From the NCBI GenBank assembly GCA_046726415.1, contig JBKPAK010000142.1:1-45413 (forward strand): a stretch of 45,413 nt of DNA, written 5' to 3'. This document shows positions 1 to 9,216 of this stretch, piece by piece (the first letter of the stretch is position 1; each line of letters opens with the position of its first letter). The notes under the pieces are model-generated. The model made no database searches, was not told where the DNA came from, and was given only the letters and a program-made list of their open reading frames with translations. The translations under genes were made by a program, and so were the position numbers. The stretch comes from Candidatus Methylomirabilota bacterium. Its GTDB lineage: Bacteria > Methylomirabilota > Methylomirabilia > Rokubacteriales > CSP1-6.

Positions 1-55
1 ATGACAAGTCTCCCAACCTGGTTTGAGGTTCAGGTCGTCGAACGAACGCCGAGTC

Positions 56-1009
56 CTATCCCCCGCCGCCCGCAGCCGCCGCGCGCCGCGCCGGACCCTC
101 TGCGACAGCGTGTCCAGCCGGTTCGGCGGCCGGTGATTCCAGCACCAGCGGGCGCCCGCCGAGTTGCCGCAGCTTGGGGTCGAGGTGGTCGCGCAACCAG
201 TCGCCCATGAGGTTGACCGCCAGCACGGTCAAGAGCATCGCCAGGCCGGGAAAGAGCGAGATCCACCAGGCGGTGGCGAGGAACCCGCGGCCGTCGGCGA
301 TCATCAGCCCCCAGGCCGGGCTGGGTGGCGGCACCCCCACGCCCAGGAAGCTCAGCGTCCCCTCCAGGAGAATCACGTAGCCCACCTGCAGGGTGGCGAT
401 TACCAGCAGGGTAGGTACCACGTTGGGGAAGATGTGGCGCCGGATGATCCAGGCTTTCGAGCGCCCGGCCACCACGGCCAGCGCCACGAAATCGAGCTCC
501 TTGATGGCCAGGGTTTCCCCCCGCATCTGCCGCGCGAAGCGCGGCCAGAGCAAGAGCGCGATGACCAGGACGACGTTGCGGAAGCTGGGCTCGGAGACCG
601 CGACCAGCACCACCGCGATCAGGATCGTCGGCAACGACAGTCCGATGTCGGTCAGCCGCATGAGCACGGTGTCGGTCAGGCCGCCGCGATACCCAGAGAC
701 CAGGCCGAGCACCGTACCCACGGTGCCCGCCACGAAGATGGCGATCAGGGATACGGCGAGGGAAATCTGACTGCCATAGATGATGCGGCTCAACACATCG
801 CGCCCGAAGCGATCCGTCCCCAGCGGATGGGCCCAGTCGCCTCGTTCCATCCAGACGGGCGGGATCAATCTCTGGGTGATGTCGCCCTCCGTCGGGCTGT
901 GTGGGGCAAGGACGGGCGCAAACGCCGCGGTCAGGACCAACGCGGAGAGGATCACGCCCGCGAACCAGGGGAGCTGTCGTCGACCCGCCACCGAGGGCGT
1001 ATCCGTCAT
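56..1009 (-). CDS. Peptide/nickel ABC transporter permease (DppC/OppC type)
   Basis: HPLGTDRFGRDVLSRIIYG motif, EAA-like loop, PPPSPAWG motif, multiple TM segments. Confidence 0.93.
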   Translation of the reverse strand: MTDTPSVAGRRQLPWFAGVILSALVLTAAFAPVLAPHSPTEGDITQRLIPPVWMERGDWAHPLGTDRFGRDVLSRIIYGSQISLAVSLIAIFVAGTVGTVLGLVSGYRGGLTDTVLMRLTDIGLSLPTILIAVVLVAVSEPSFRNVVLVIALLLWPRFARQMRGETLAIKELDFVALAVVAGRSKAWIIRRHIFPNVVPTLLVIATLQVGYVILLEGTLSFLGVGVPPPSPAWGLMIADGRGFLATAWWISLFPGLAMLLTVLAVNLMGDWLRDHLDPKLRQLGGRPLVLESPAAEPAGHAVAEGPARRAAAAGGGG

Positions 1010-1038
1010 GGTCTCGTCTCCTTGGCGGCGTTCGTCAA

Positions 1039-1968
1039 TCAGCCCGCAGCGGTGGAATGGCGGATTCTCGGGTTGAGGTAGCTATACAGCAGGTCTACGA
1101 AGAGATTCCCACCCAGATAGAGGGCACTCAGCACCAGCACCCCCGCCTGTACGATGGGGTAGTCGCGCGTGGTGATGGACTCCAGGATCAGCCGTCCCAG
1201 CCCCGGCCAGGCGAACACCGTCTCGGTGACCACGGCGCCGCCCAGGAATTGCACGAAGAGCATGACGGCGAAGGTGATGACCGGAAGCAGGGCGTTCTTC
1301 AGACCGTGCTTCCAGAGCACCACCTGCTCGTGCAGTCCCTTCAGCCGGGCGAACTTGATGTAGTCGGATCCGAGCACCTCCAGCATGGCCGAGCGGGTCA
1401 ATCTCAGGATGGCGGCGGAGGTGAAGTAACCCAAGGTGAAGGCCGGGAGGATGAGGTGCGGAAGGCCTCCTCGGCCGCCGGCGGGCAGCACTCCCAGCAC
1501 GACGGCGAAGAAGAGGATCAGCATGAGACCCAGCCAGAACGCGGGCATGGATTGTCCGAGCACGGCGAACACCCGCGCCCCGCTGTCCAGGGGCCTGCCT
1601 CGGCGCACGGCGGAGTACATGCCCAGGGGGACACCGATGAGGACGCTGAGAAACATGGCCACGAAGCCCAGCTCGACGGTGGCGGGCAGGCGTTCCCAGA
1701 TGTGCTCCGCAACCGGCCTCCGGGTGAGCACGGACTTCCCGAAATCACCCAGGAGGATGTTCTTCACATAAATCCCGTATTGGACGGGCAGCGGCTGGTC
1801 GAGACCCAGGTGGCGCATCAGGATCTCCTGATCGCGCTCGGTGGCATTCACGTCCAGCAGCAGATGGACGGGGTTGCCCGAGAGGCGGGTCAAGACGAAG
1901 ACGATGCTGATCACCACCAGCATGCTCAGCACCGTCTGCAGCAACCGTCCCGTCAGATATCGCCACAT
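1039..1968 (-). CDS. Peptide/nickel ABC transporter permease (DppB/OppB type)
   Basis: GDFGKS, RLPATVEL, DYIKFARLKGL, ETVFAWPGLG and RDYP motifs. Confidence 0.94.
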   Translation of the reverse strand: MWRYLTGRLLQTVLSMLVVISIVFVLTRLSGNPVHLLLDVNATERDQEILMRHLGLDQPLPVQYGIYVKNILLGDFGKSVLTRRPVAEHIWERLPATVELGFVAMFLSVLIGVPLGMYSAVRRGRPLDSGARVFAVLGQSMPAFWLGLMLILFFAVVLGVLPAGGRGGLPHLILPAFTLGYFTSAAILRLTRSAMLEVLGSDYIKFARLKGLHEQVVLWKHGLKNALLPVITFAVMLFVQFLGGAVVTETVFAWPGLGRLILESITTRDYPIVQAGVLVLSALYLGGNLFVDLLYSYLNPRIRHSTAAG

Positions 1969-1986
1969 ATCGTCACCTGCGGGTCG

Positions 1987-3591
1987 TCACTTGCTGGCCC
2001 GGGTCACGTATTCCCAGTTGTGGATCCCCATGTGACCCGGGATCAAGGGCCATTCCCCCACCTTCGGCCCCACGCCGGCAATCGAGTGCGTCGCCCCGAT
2101 GCTGACCGCCGGCATGTACTCATAGAGCCACGGCCCCATCTCCTCGCGCATGATCCGGGTTCGCTCGGCGGCGTTCGGTTCCGCCCCCAGGCGCTCGATG
2201 AACGCGTCGAGCTTGGGATGCTCCACCAGCAGATGCACCGCCGACTTCGTCTGGGCGATGCGCGCGAACAGCTCCCAGGGCTCCGGGGCGATGATCGGCC
2301 CGGCGTAGGCCAGCGTCACTCCCGCATACGACCGCGCCCGGAAATCCGCCGAGAACACCGCCCGGTCCACGGGCCGCCGTTTGACCTTGAGGCCCACTTT
2401 CTCCCAGTAGGTCGCCACCGCCTCGCCCACATCGGGCAGATATCCTCTGCCCGGCCAGGCGGTCAGGTTCATGGTGACCTCGAAGCCATTGGGATAGCCC
2501 GCCTCCGCGAGCAGCGCCTTCGCTTTCGGGGGGTCGTAGGGAACCGGTTTCAGCAGGGCGTCCGAGATCCAGGGGTCCGAGGGGTAGTAGTTCACCGTCC
2601 CGACGGGCGTTCCCACCCCGCCGAGCACCCGCTCGATGATCGCTTTCTTGTCCACGGCAAGGTTAAGGGCCAGGCGCACCTTCTTCGCACGCTCGGCGTC
2701 GGGCTGCGCCCAGGGCACCTTTGGGTCGTAGCTCGGTTTGGTCGGCCACTGCCCGCCGAGGATCACCCACACGGCGGCGACGTTGGGCATGACGAGCGTC
2801 CGCATTCCGACCTTCTTCAGCTCGTCCAAGTACTCGCCGCCGATCTCGATGACGTCGGCGCTGCCTGCGCGCAACATGGCCATGCGGGTGGCGGGCTCGG
2901 GCACCTTCACGAACACCAGCCGCTTGAAGTGAGGCACCGCTCGCCAGTGGTTGTCCATCGCCTCGTAGACGATGCGATCGCCGCGGACGTGCTCCACGAA
3001 TTTCCAGGGCCCGGTGCCGACGGGCTGACGCTCCGCCCCTTGCTCGCCGGCGGTCTCGATATGTTTCTTGGACTGGATATAGGCGACGGAGGCGAACAAT
3101 CCTTGCGTGACCCGGTTGCCCAAGGTCACGAACGGCTTGTCGAAGCGCAGGGTGATCGTGTACGGCCCCTCGACCTCCATGCTCTTGATCGTGCGGAACT
3201 CGGGCGCCATGGAATTGGCGGAGCCTTCCTTGGCGATTGAGGCGAAGGTGAATTTGACGTCCTCGGCCGTCACTTCCGACCCGTTGTGGAAGCGCACCCC
3301 TTTGCGGAGGTGGAATTTCCAGGTCCGTGCCCCGTCCGCGACCTCCCACCGCTCGGCCAGCATGGGGATCAGGTTGCCCTTGGCGTCGCGAGACAACAGG
3401 TTTTCCCATAGGGGCTTGAGCACGATGTCCTCGGCCCCGACGTAGAGACTGGGCAACCAGCGCTCGTTGCCGAAGGTGGCCACCGCCACCGTCAGCGTCC
3501 CCTCTGGCCGGGCAGCTGCCCAGGGCGCCGCGATGGCAACCCACAGGGAGGCCGCCACGATCAACGCGGTGATCCAGAACCGCTGCCTCAT
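1987..3591 (-). CDS. ABC transporter substrate-binding protein, family 5 (copy 1)
   Basis: Signal peptide MRQRFWITAL..; LRKGVRFHNG..TAEDVKFT; GTGPWKF; start chosen from AAGGAGGGAG SD. Confidence 0.92.
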   Translation of the reverse strand: MRQRFWITALIVAASLWVAIAAPWAAARPEGTLTVAVATFGNERWLPSLYVGAEDIVLKPLWENLLSRDAKGNLIPMLAERWEVADGARTWKFHLRKGVRFHNGSEVTAEDVKFTFASIAKEGSANSMAPEFRTIKSMEVEGPYTITLRFDKPFVTLGNRVTQGLFASVAYIQSKKHIETAGEQGAERQPVGTGPWKFVEHVRGDRIVYEAMDNHWRAVPHFKRLVFVKVPEPATRMAMLRAGSADVIEIGGEYLDELKKVGMRTLVMPNVAAVWVILGGQWPTKPSYDPKVPWAQPDAERAKKVRLALNLAVDKKAIIERVLGGVGTPVGTVNYYPSDPWISDALLKPVPYDPPKAKALLAEAGYPNGFEVTMNLTAWPGRGYLPDVGEAVATYWEKVGLKVKRRPVDRAVFSADFRARSYAGVTLAYAGPIIAPEPWELFARIAQTKSAVHLLVEHPKLDAFIERLGAEPNAAERTRIMREEMGPWLYEYMPAVSIGATHSIAGVGPKVGEWPLIPGHMGIHNWEYVTRASK

Positions 3592-3637
3592 AACTCCCTC
3601 CTTGCGGGCAGGCCCGAGCGGCGCATGCCGCCACAAT

Positions 3638-3685
3638 CCTTCCGGGGGGGACTCGGAAGGGGCCGTCGAAGCCCCTTCGACGGCC
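3638..3685. repeat. Intergenic double hairpin / REP-like palindrome between the two SBP genes
   Basis: CCTTCCG..CGGAAGG followed by GGCCGTCGAAG-CCC-CTTCGACGGCC. Confidence 0.7.
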
Positions 3686-5292
3686 TAGCGGGCGCGCGTC
3701 ACATACTCCCAGTTGTGAAACCCCATGTGGCCGGGGATCAGCGGCCATTCCCCCACCTTCGGCCCCACCCCGGCGATGGCATGGGCGGCCCCGATGGCGA
3801 CGCCGGGGACGTACTCGTAGAGCCAGGGTCCCAGTTCCTCGCGCATGATGCGCACGCGCTCCGCGTGGTTGGGCTGGATGGCGAGACGGTCGATCAACTC
3901 GTCCAGCCTGGGATGCTCCATGAAGAGATTCAGGGCAGCCTTGCTATGGCCCCCTCGGATCATGACCTCCCAGGGTTCGGGAGCGACCAGCGGAGCGGCA
4001 TACGCCAGCGTAACTCCCGCGTAGGCTCGCGCCCGGAAGTCCGCCGAGAACACCGCCCGGTCAACCGGCCGCCGCTTGACCTTGATGCCCACCTTCTCCC
4101 AGTACGTCGCTACCGCCTCGCCGACGTCCGGGAGATAGCCTCGCCCCGGCCACGCGGTGAGGTTCATGGTCACCTCGAAGCCGCTTGGATAGCCGCCGTC
4201 CGCCAGCAGCGCCTTTGCCTTGGCTGGGTCGTAGGGCAACGGTTTCTTCAAGGCTTCAGTGGCCCACGGGTCGTTGGGGTACGTCATCCAGGAGCCCACC
4301 ACGGTTCCCAGCCCGCCGAGCACCCGCTGCATGATGGCCTGCTTGTCCACCGCCAGGTTGAGCGCCAGGCGCACCTTGCGGGCTCGTTCCGCGTCGGGCT
4401 GCGCCCACGGCACCTTGGGATCATAGGTGGGCTTGGTGGGCCATTGCCCGCCCAGGATGACGTAGACCCACGACACGTTGGGCATGAGGAGCGTCCGTAC
4501 GCCGACCTTTTTCAGTTCCTCAACGTATTCGCCGCCGATCTCGATGACGTCGACGCTGCCCGCGCGGAGCATCGCCATGCGGGTGGCCGGCTCGGGCACC
4601 TTCAGCATCACCAGGCGCTTGAAGTTGGGCGTGGCCCGCCAGTGGTTCTCCACCGCCTCGTACACGATGCGATCGCCGCGGACGTGCTCCACGAACTTCC
4701 AGGGACCGGTGGCCACCGGATTCCGCTCCGCGCCTTGCTCGCCTGCGGTCTCGATGTGGTGCTTGGACTGGATAAAGGCCGACGACGCGAACAGCCCCTG
4801 GGTCACCTTGTTGCCGAACACCACCGATGGCTTGTCGAAGCGCACGGTGATGGTGTACCGGTCCTCGACTTCCATGCTCTTGATCTGCCGGAACTCCGGC
4901 GCCAGGGAATTGGCCGAGCCTTCCTTGGCGACGGAGGCGAAGGTGAACTTGACGTCTTCCGCCGTGACTTCACCGCGGCCGCCGTGGAAGTGGACACCCT
5001 TGCGCAAGTAGAACGTCCAGGTGCGGCCGCCGTCAGCGACCTTCCAGCGCTCCGCGAGCATGGGACTCAATTCGCCGGTCTTGGGGTCGCGAGACAGGAG
5101 ATTCTCGTACATGGGCTTGAGGACTACATCCTCGGCCCCGACGTAGAGATAGGGTAACCAGCGCTCGTTGCCGAACGTGGCGACGGCCACCGTCAGCGTC
5201 CCCTCCGGCTTGGCCGCTTCCCCCGAGGCACCGGCGAGAGCCCACAGAGCGGCCGTGGCGATCATCGTGGCGATCCAGAGCGGTCGACTCAT
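3685..5292 (-). CDS. ABC transporter substrate-binding protein, family 5 (copy 2, tandem paralog)
   Basis: Start MSRPLWIAT after AGGAGG SD; long stretches identical to the 1987-3591 protein. Confidence 0.92.
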   Translation of the reverse strand: MSRPLWIATMIATAALWALAGASGEAAKPEGTLTVAVATFGNERWLPYLYVGAEDVVLKPMYENLLSRDPKTGELSPMLAERWKVADGGRTWTFYLRKGVHFHGGRGEVTAEDVKFTFASVAKEGSANSLAPEFRQIKSMEVEDRYTITVRFDKPSVVFGNKVTQGLFASSAFIQSKHHIETAGEQGAERNPVATGPWKFVEHVRGDRIVYEAVENHWRATPNFKRLVMLKVPEPATRMAMLRAGSVDVIEIGGEYVEELKKVGVRTLLMPNVSWVYVILGGQWPTKPTYDPKVPWAQPDAERARKVRLALNLAVDKQAIMQRVLGGLGTVVGSWMTYPNDPWATEALKKPLPYDPAKAKALLADGGYPSGFEVTMNLTAWPGRGYLPDVGEAVATYWEKVGIKVKRRPVDRAVFSADFRARAYAGVTLAYAAPLVAPEPWEVMIRGGHSKAALNLFMEHPRLDELIDRLAIQPNHAERVRIMREELGPWLYEYVPGVAIGAAHAIAGVGPKVGEWPLIPGHMGFHNWEYVTRAR

Positions 5293-5483
5293 GGGTCTCC
5301 TCCTGGTGCGCGATATGCGCGATATGGTAGGGATCCTGCGCAAACGGGGGAGGAATTGCCCAACGATGACCAGGCCGTTTCGCGACCGCGCCCCGAGGTG
5401 GGAACGACGCGCAAGCCGGGGAGGAATCGGAGGGAGCGCGCCGTCCCTTCCAACGCAATCATCCGGAAGCCCTGTGTGCTCAT
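5289..5483 (-). CDS. Possible 64-aa upstream ORF coupled to the SBP start
   Basis: GAGGAG SD before ATG at 5483; its TGA overlaps the SBP ATG (ATGA); no recognisable homology. Confidence 0.25.
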   Translation of the reverse strand: MSTQGFRMIALEGTARSLRFLPGLRVVPTSGRGRETAWSSLGNSSPVCAGSLPYRAYRAPGGDP

Positions 5484-5740
5484 GAGGATCTCCTCTTCGA
5501 GAACCCTCGAAGCTTGGCCGGGGTGCCGATATCCTACTCCAAGAGTTCGCCGGCTTCCCGCGCTTTCCCGGGCGCTTAAGCTCTTGCTTGTCCAGCCCAC
5601 CACGGGCGGCTGGCACCTGCCCGAGACGGTGGCCTCGGCCCGCCGGCCTTCCGCGGCCGCGAGGTAGATGATGGCGCCGAGGGCCAGCGCCGGCCGTGCT
5701 AGCATCCCGAGGATTCTGACGACACGCACGGGAGGCAGGG

Positions 5741-6082
5741 ATGGGGACGTTCCGACTCTACGCAGGCGGCGATGGACAGGCCCACATCGAGCCGATCGAC
5801 GTCGGCGCGATGCCTGACTGGACCAAAGGTCTCGCAGCGACCCAGATCTCGTTCAGCATCTGGCCGGTCGGCCGGTTCCTCGACTGGCACCCGGCCCCTC
5901 GCCGTCAGTTCGTGATCGTCCTCTCGGGCCAGCTCGAGATCGGTCTGGGCGACGGCTCCAAGCACACCTTCGGACCCGGCGACGCTCGGCTCGTCGAGGA
6001 CACCACGGGCAAAGGCCACACGACACGCGTCCTCGGCAACCAGCCCTGCGTGACGGCAACTGTCCCGCTAGCGCAACAGTGA
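5741..6082 (+). CDS. Cupin-domain protein
   Basis: WHPAPRRQF..LSG..EI and GD..LVEDTTGKGH cupin motifs; GGAGG SD. Confidence 0.88.
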   Translation: MGTFRLYAGGDGQAHIEPIDVGAMPDWTKGLAATQISFSIWPVGRFLDWHPAPRRQFVIVLSGQLEIGLGDGSKHTFGPGDARLVEDTTGKGHTTRVLGNQPCVTATVPLAQQ

Positions 6083-6151
6083 GAATCTAGTAGCACCCCG
6101 GCCCAGCGATGTGGGGCCTAGTGGGCCGTCGGGTCCTCAGAACCTGGCGGA

Positions 6152-6225
6152 GATCGAGGAGCGCCCCGGCAAAGCCGTGGCGCTCCGAGTGCTGGGGGCT
6201 TGGGGGGTCATTCGGGGGCCCCCAT
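6152..6225 (-). repeat. ~72-bp REP-like palindromic element, copy A
   Basis: Reverse complement aligns end to end with 12321-12390; begins a few nt after a stop codon. Confidence 0.75.
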
Positions 6226-6229
6226 CTTC

Positions 6230-7279
6230 TTAGTCCACTCGAAACACCAGGTCGGGGGTGAGGTCGGCGATCCTGGTGCGGCCGCAGAGGCCCATCGTGG
6301 TGCGAACTTCCTCTCGGAGGATCTCCATCGCCCGGGCTACACCATCAGCGCCATCGGCAGCGAGTCCCCACAGGGCCGTCCGACCCACGGCAACCACGGT
6401 CGCCCCGCGCGCCAGCGCCTTCACCACGTCGGTCCCACGCGAGAAGCCACCGTCCACCACGATCTCGGCGGCACCGGCGACAGCATCGACGATGAGCGGC
6501 AGAGCCTCAATGGCCGACTGGGTCTGGTCGAGCTGACGGCCTCCGTGGTTGGAGACCCAGATCAGGCGCACCCCCATCGCCACCGCGCGGCGGGCATCGG
6601 GCACCGTCATGATCCCCTTGAGCCCTACCGGCAGCTTCGTGGTCTTCACCAGCCACTCGACGTCGTCCCACGTGAGGCGCGCCTGGTACTCGGGGTTCGG
6701 CCCGCGCGGATTGGGAGCAATCTCCATGGCCTTGCGCGGGCTCCAGCGAGCCAGAATGTCGCGCTCGCGCCGGCTGTAGAGCTGGGTGTCGACGGTGAGC
6801 GCGACCGACTGATACCCGGAGGTCTCCACCCGCGCCAGCAGTTCACTCACCCAGCCGCGGTCGCCGTGATGGTAGAGCTGGAACATCTGAGCCGCCGTGC
6901 CGACCTTGGCGACGTCCTCCACTGGCCATCCGGTGGCGCCGCTCAGCCACTGGAGCGTCCCGCCCTTCCCCGCCCCGCGCGCCATTTCGACGTCGCCCTC
7001 CGGATGAAAGAGGACGAGACCGCCCATGGGCGCGACGGCGACCGGCCACTCGAGCGGCACGCCGAGAAAGGTCGTGCGGAGATCGATCTCGCGAACGTCG
7101 ACGAGCACGTTCTGGTAGATTGCCAGACGGTCGAGGTGGCGGCGGTTGCGACGGAGCGTGGTCTCCGTCTCCGTGCCGCCGGCCCCGAAGTTCCAGGCCT
7201 CGCGAGGCAGGCGCTTTCGGGCAGCGCGGCGAATCTCAGGCAGCGTGACGAAGCGTGGACCGGCAAATGGTTGGCTCAT
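6230..7279 (-). CDS. FMN-dependent alpha-hydroxy-acid oxidase/dehydrogenase
   Basis: APMG, QLY, LTVD, LKGI, SNHGGRQLD and VDGG..RGTD motifs. Confidence 0.93.
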   Translation of the reverse strand: MSQPFAGPRFVTLPEIRRAARKRLPREAWNFGAGGTETETTLRRNRRHLDRLAIYQNVLVDVREIDLRTTFLGVPLEWPVAVAPMGGLVLFHPEGDVEMARGAGKGGTLQWLSGATGWPVEDVAKVGTAAQMFQLYHHGDRGWVSELLARVETSGYQSVALTVDTQLYSRRERDILARWSPRKAMEIAPNPRGPNPEYQARLTWDDVEWLVKTTKLPVGLKGIMTVPDARRAVAMGVRLIWVSNHGGRQLDQTQSAIEALPLIVDAVAGAAEIVVDGGFSRGTDVVKALARGATVVAVGRTALWGLAADGADGVARAMEILREEVRTTMGLCGRTRIADLTPDLVFRVD

Positions 7280-7288
7280 AGCGCCGTA

Positions 7289-8938
7289 CTATAACCCTCC
7301 TTGTTCGTCGACAGAGACGGTGTTCTGGTACGTGCAGCCCATGATTCGCCAGTAGCCGTTGGTTTCGCCACCGACGACCACGATGTGGATATCCTCGCGC
7401 CGGAACATCGGAATCAGCTCGTCTGGGGCGGCACGGAGCTTCGACGCCCACGGCTCCTCGCCGAACGTGGCCCGCGGGTAGATGTAGTTCTGGACGAGCT
7501 GGTAGTCCCAGTACTCGCCGGCCGGCATGCGGGCGGTGTCGTAGAGCCAGTCCACCAGGGCCTCTTTCTTGGTGAAACCGCCCCGGTCGATGAACTGGCG
7601 CGCCGCGATGGGGTCGAGCAGCAGGGTCGGCGGCCCGTGAGGGTCCATGCCGCGCAGGAGATTGCGGACGTGCTCTCGCCAGTGTTTCTCCCGCAGTCCC
7701 AGCGTGAACGCGGTCGAACGGCAGCCGGTGAAAACACTCACCGTGCTGACGTCCGGCCTGAAGCCCCGCTGCACGTGGAAGGGCTCCCACGGGCTCCGCT
7801 CCTCGTTCTCCGCGAAGGTGAGGCTGTTGTACGCGTAGTTGTTGCCCTGGTTGCCCATGTAGCTGAGCCCGGGGACGGACCCGCCCTGGAGGTTCTGGGA
7901 CAGAAGGCCGTAGGCGCGGCCGATGGTGGCGTTGGCGTGGTTGTATGGCCCCATGGCGCCGGTGCCCGAATTCATGCCGATGGCGTGGCGGATCGGACCG
8001 TTCACCACGGCCATGGTGGCCACGGCACTGGAACTGCTACCGCGCGCCGTCACCCCGGTCGCGGCCAAGGCCAGAATCACGGGGAAGTACTCGGGCCGCG
8101 CCCCCGCCATCACCGCATTCACCGCCACCTTCTCGACGGTGTATTGCCAGTATTCGCGGAAGTGGGTCGAGCGCATCCGGCCGACGACCTCGTCGGGCTT
8201 GCGACGCGTCGCTGCCAGCATGGCCGCCACGCGCTCCTCCGTGGGGAGCACGATCGGCAACCCATCCGTCCAGTGATTGTCGAGGAACAGCCGCTCGAGA
8301 TTCTCCGCGGTGTCGGGCACGACGAGCCGCGGCGTCGAGCGGTCGAACTCGAGCGGGCCGAGGTCCGCCTCGGTGAGAGGCCGGGTGAGGCCCCCCACCA
8401 CTTCCTGCATCACCGGCCGCCCCGTGATGGGGTCCTGGCCGTCGACGTAGCTGCGCAGCTCGGCCGGCGTCTTGCCCATGATCGGCTGGGGGACGAACAC
8501 CTGCCGCAGCCCGGGCATCCCACTGACCTCCGCCACCGACCGGACCACGCGGTCGAACTTGTCGGTATGCATGGCCACGGTGGGGACGCCGTACTTCGCC
8601 TCGATTGTCATCGCGTGCGCGGCGACCGCCGGCGCGCAGGTGCTTCAGTGACCGACGCCGAGGATGGCGGCATGCCCCCTCGCCTTGATTTCCTCCCAGG
8701 TCGTCGGATCGTCGTTGAGGTAGACGCTCGAGATCGGCTTCACCACGGTCCGCACGCCTGCCATGTGCTCGGCGAACCACGCCTGCATCTGCCGCAGGAA
8801 GACATCCGAGTCGTCGAACCGGCAATCCACCAGATAGATCGTCTTGCCATCGAGCGCCGACAACCGCGGCGCGAGCGAATTCCGCGTGACCTTCGGCGCA
8901 AACCCCACCGGGTTCAGAACCGTGAGCGTGTCCCCCAT
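7289..8938 (-). CDS. UGSC-type selenoprotein (549 aa; Sec encoded by TGA at 8645-8647, UxxC motif)
   Basis: Continuous 1650-nt frame reading GVGH-TGA-STCAPAVAAHA-MTIE; hairpin just 3' of the TGA; C-terminal part has DGLPIVLPT, EKVAVNAVMAG and ANATIGRA motifs. Confidence 0.85.
8622..8638 (-). promoter_or_regulatory. Putative bacterial SECIS hairpin
   Basis: UGCG-(CGC bulge)-CGGC-[GGUC]-GCCG-CGCA; the stem starts 6 nt after the UGA, the G-led apical loop starts 18 nt after it, and the 3' arm extends to about 8616. Confidence 0.6.
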
Positions 8939-9216
8939 CGCCGAGCCTCCCCTGAAACGATCCGTTCCTTGGAGCTGCCATCGCGCCAGCGCATCGGACC
9001 CAGCTTCTCACGCCTCGCGGACGAGCCCCGGTACGATAGCACGCCGGTCCGCACGAGAGCGGCGACCCGGAGCGTTGCGCTCGCCTGCCGGCGCGACTTC
9101 CCTCTGCCGATGGTCGTTGGCCAATGATCCGCGCTAGACTCGCGGCGCGAAGCCGCCGCCGCGCCGCGCGTGCAGATGCGACGGACGCGAAGGCCGGATG
9201 AAAGGAGAGCACTCCC

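Noticed and set aside
901-3240. Long antisense ORFs (also 3625-5157, 7301-9127, 25642-27408, 40361-41875)
   Set aside because: Shadow frames opposite clear genes in high-GC DNA; no recognisable motifs.
8645-8938. Separate 97-aa gene or nonsense-mutated pseudogene
   Set aside because: The TGA sits in a UxxC motif, in frame with the downstream ORF and followed by a SECIS-like hairpin; Sec read-through explains it better.
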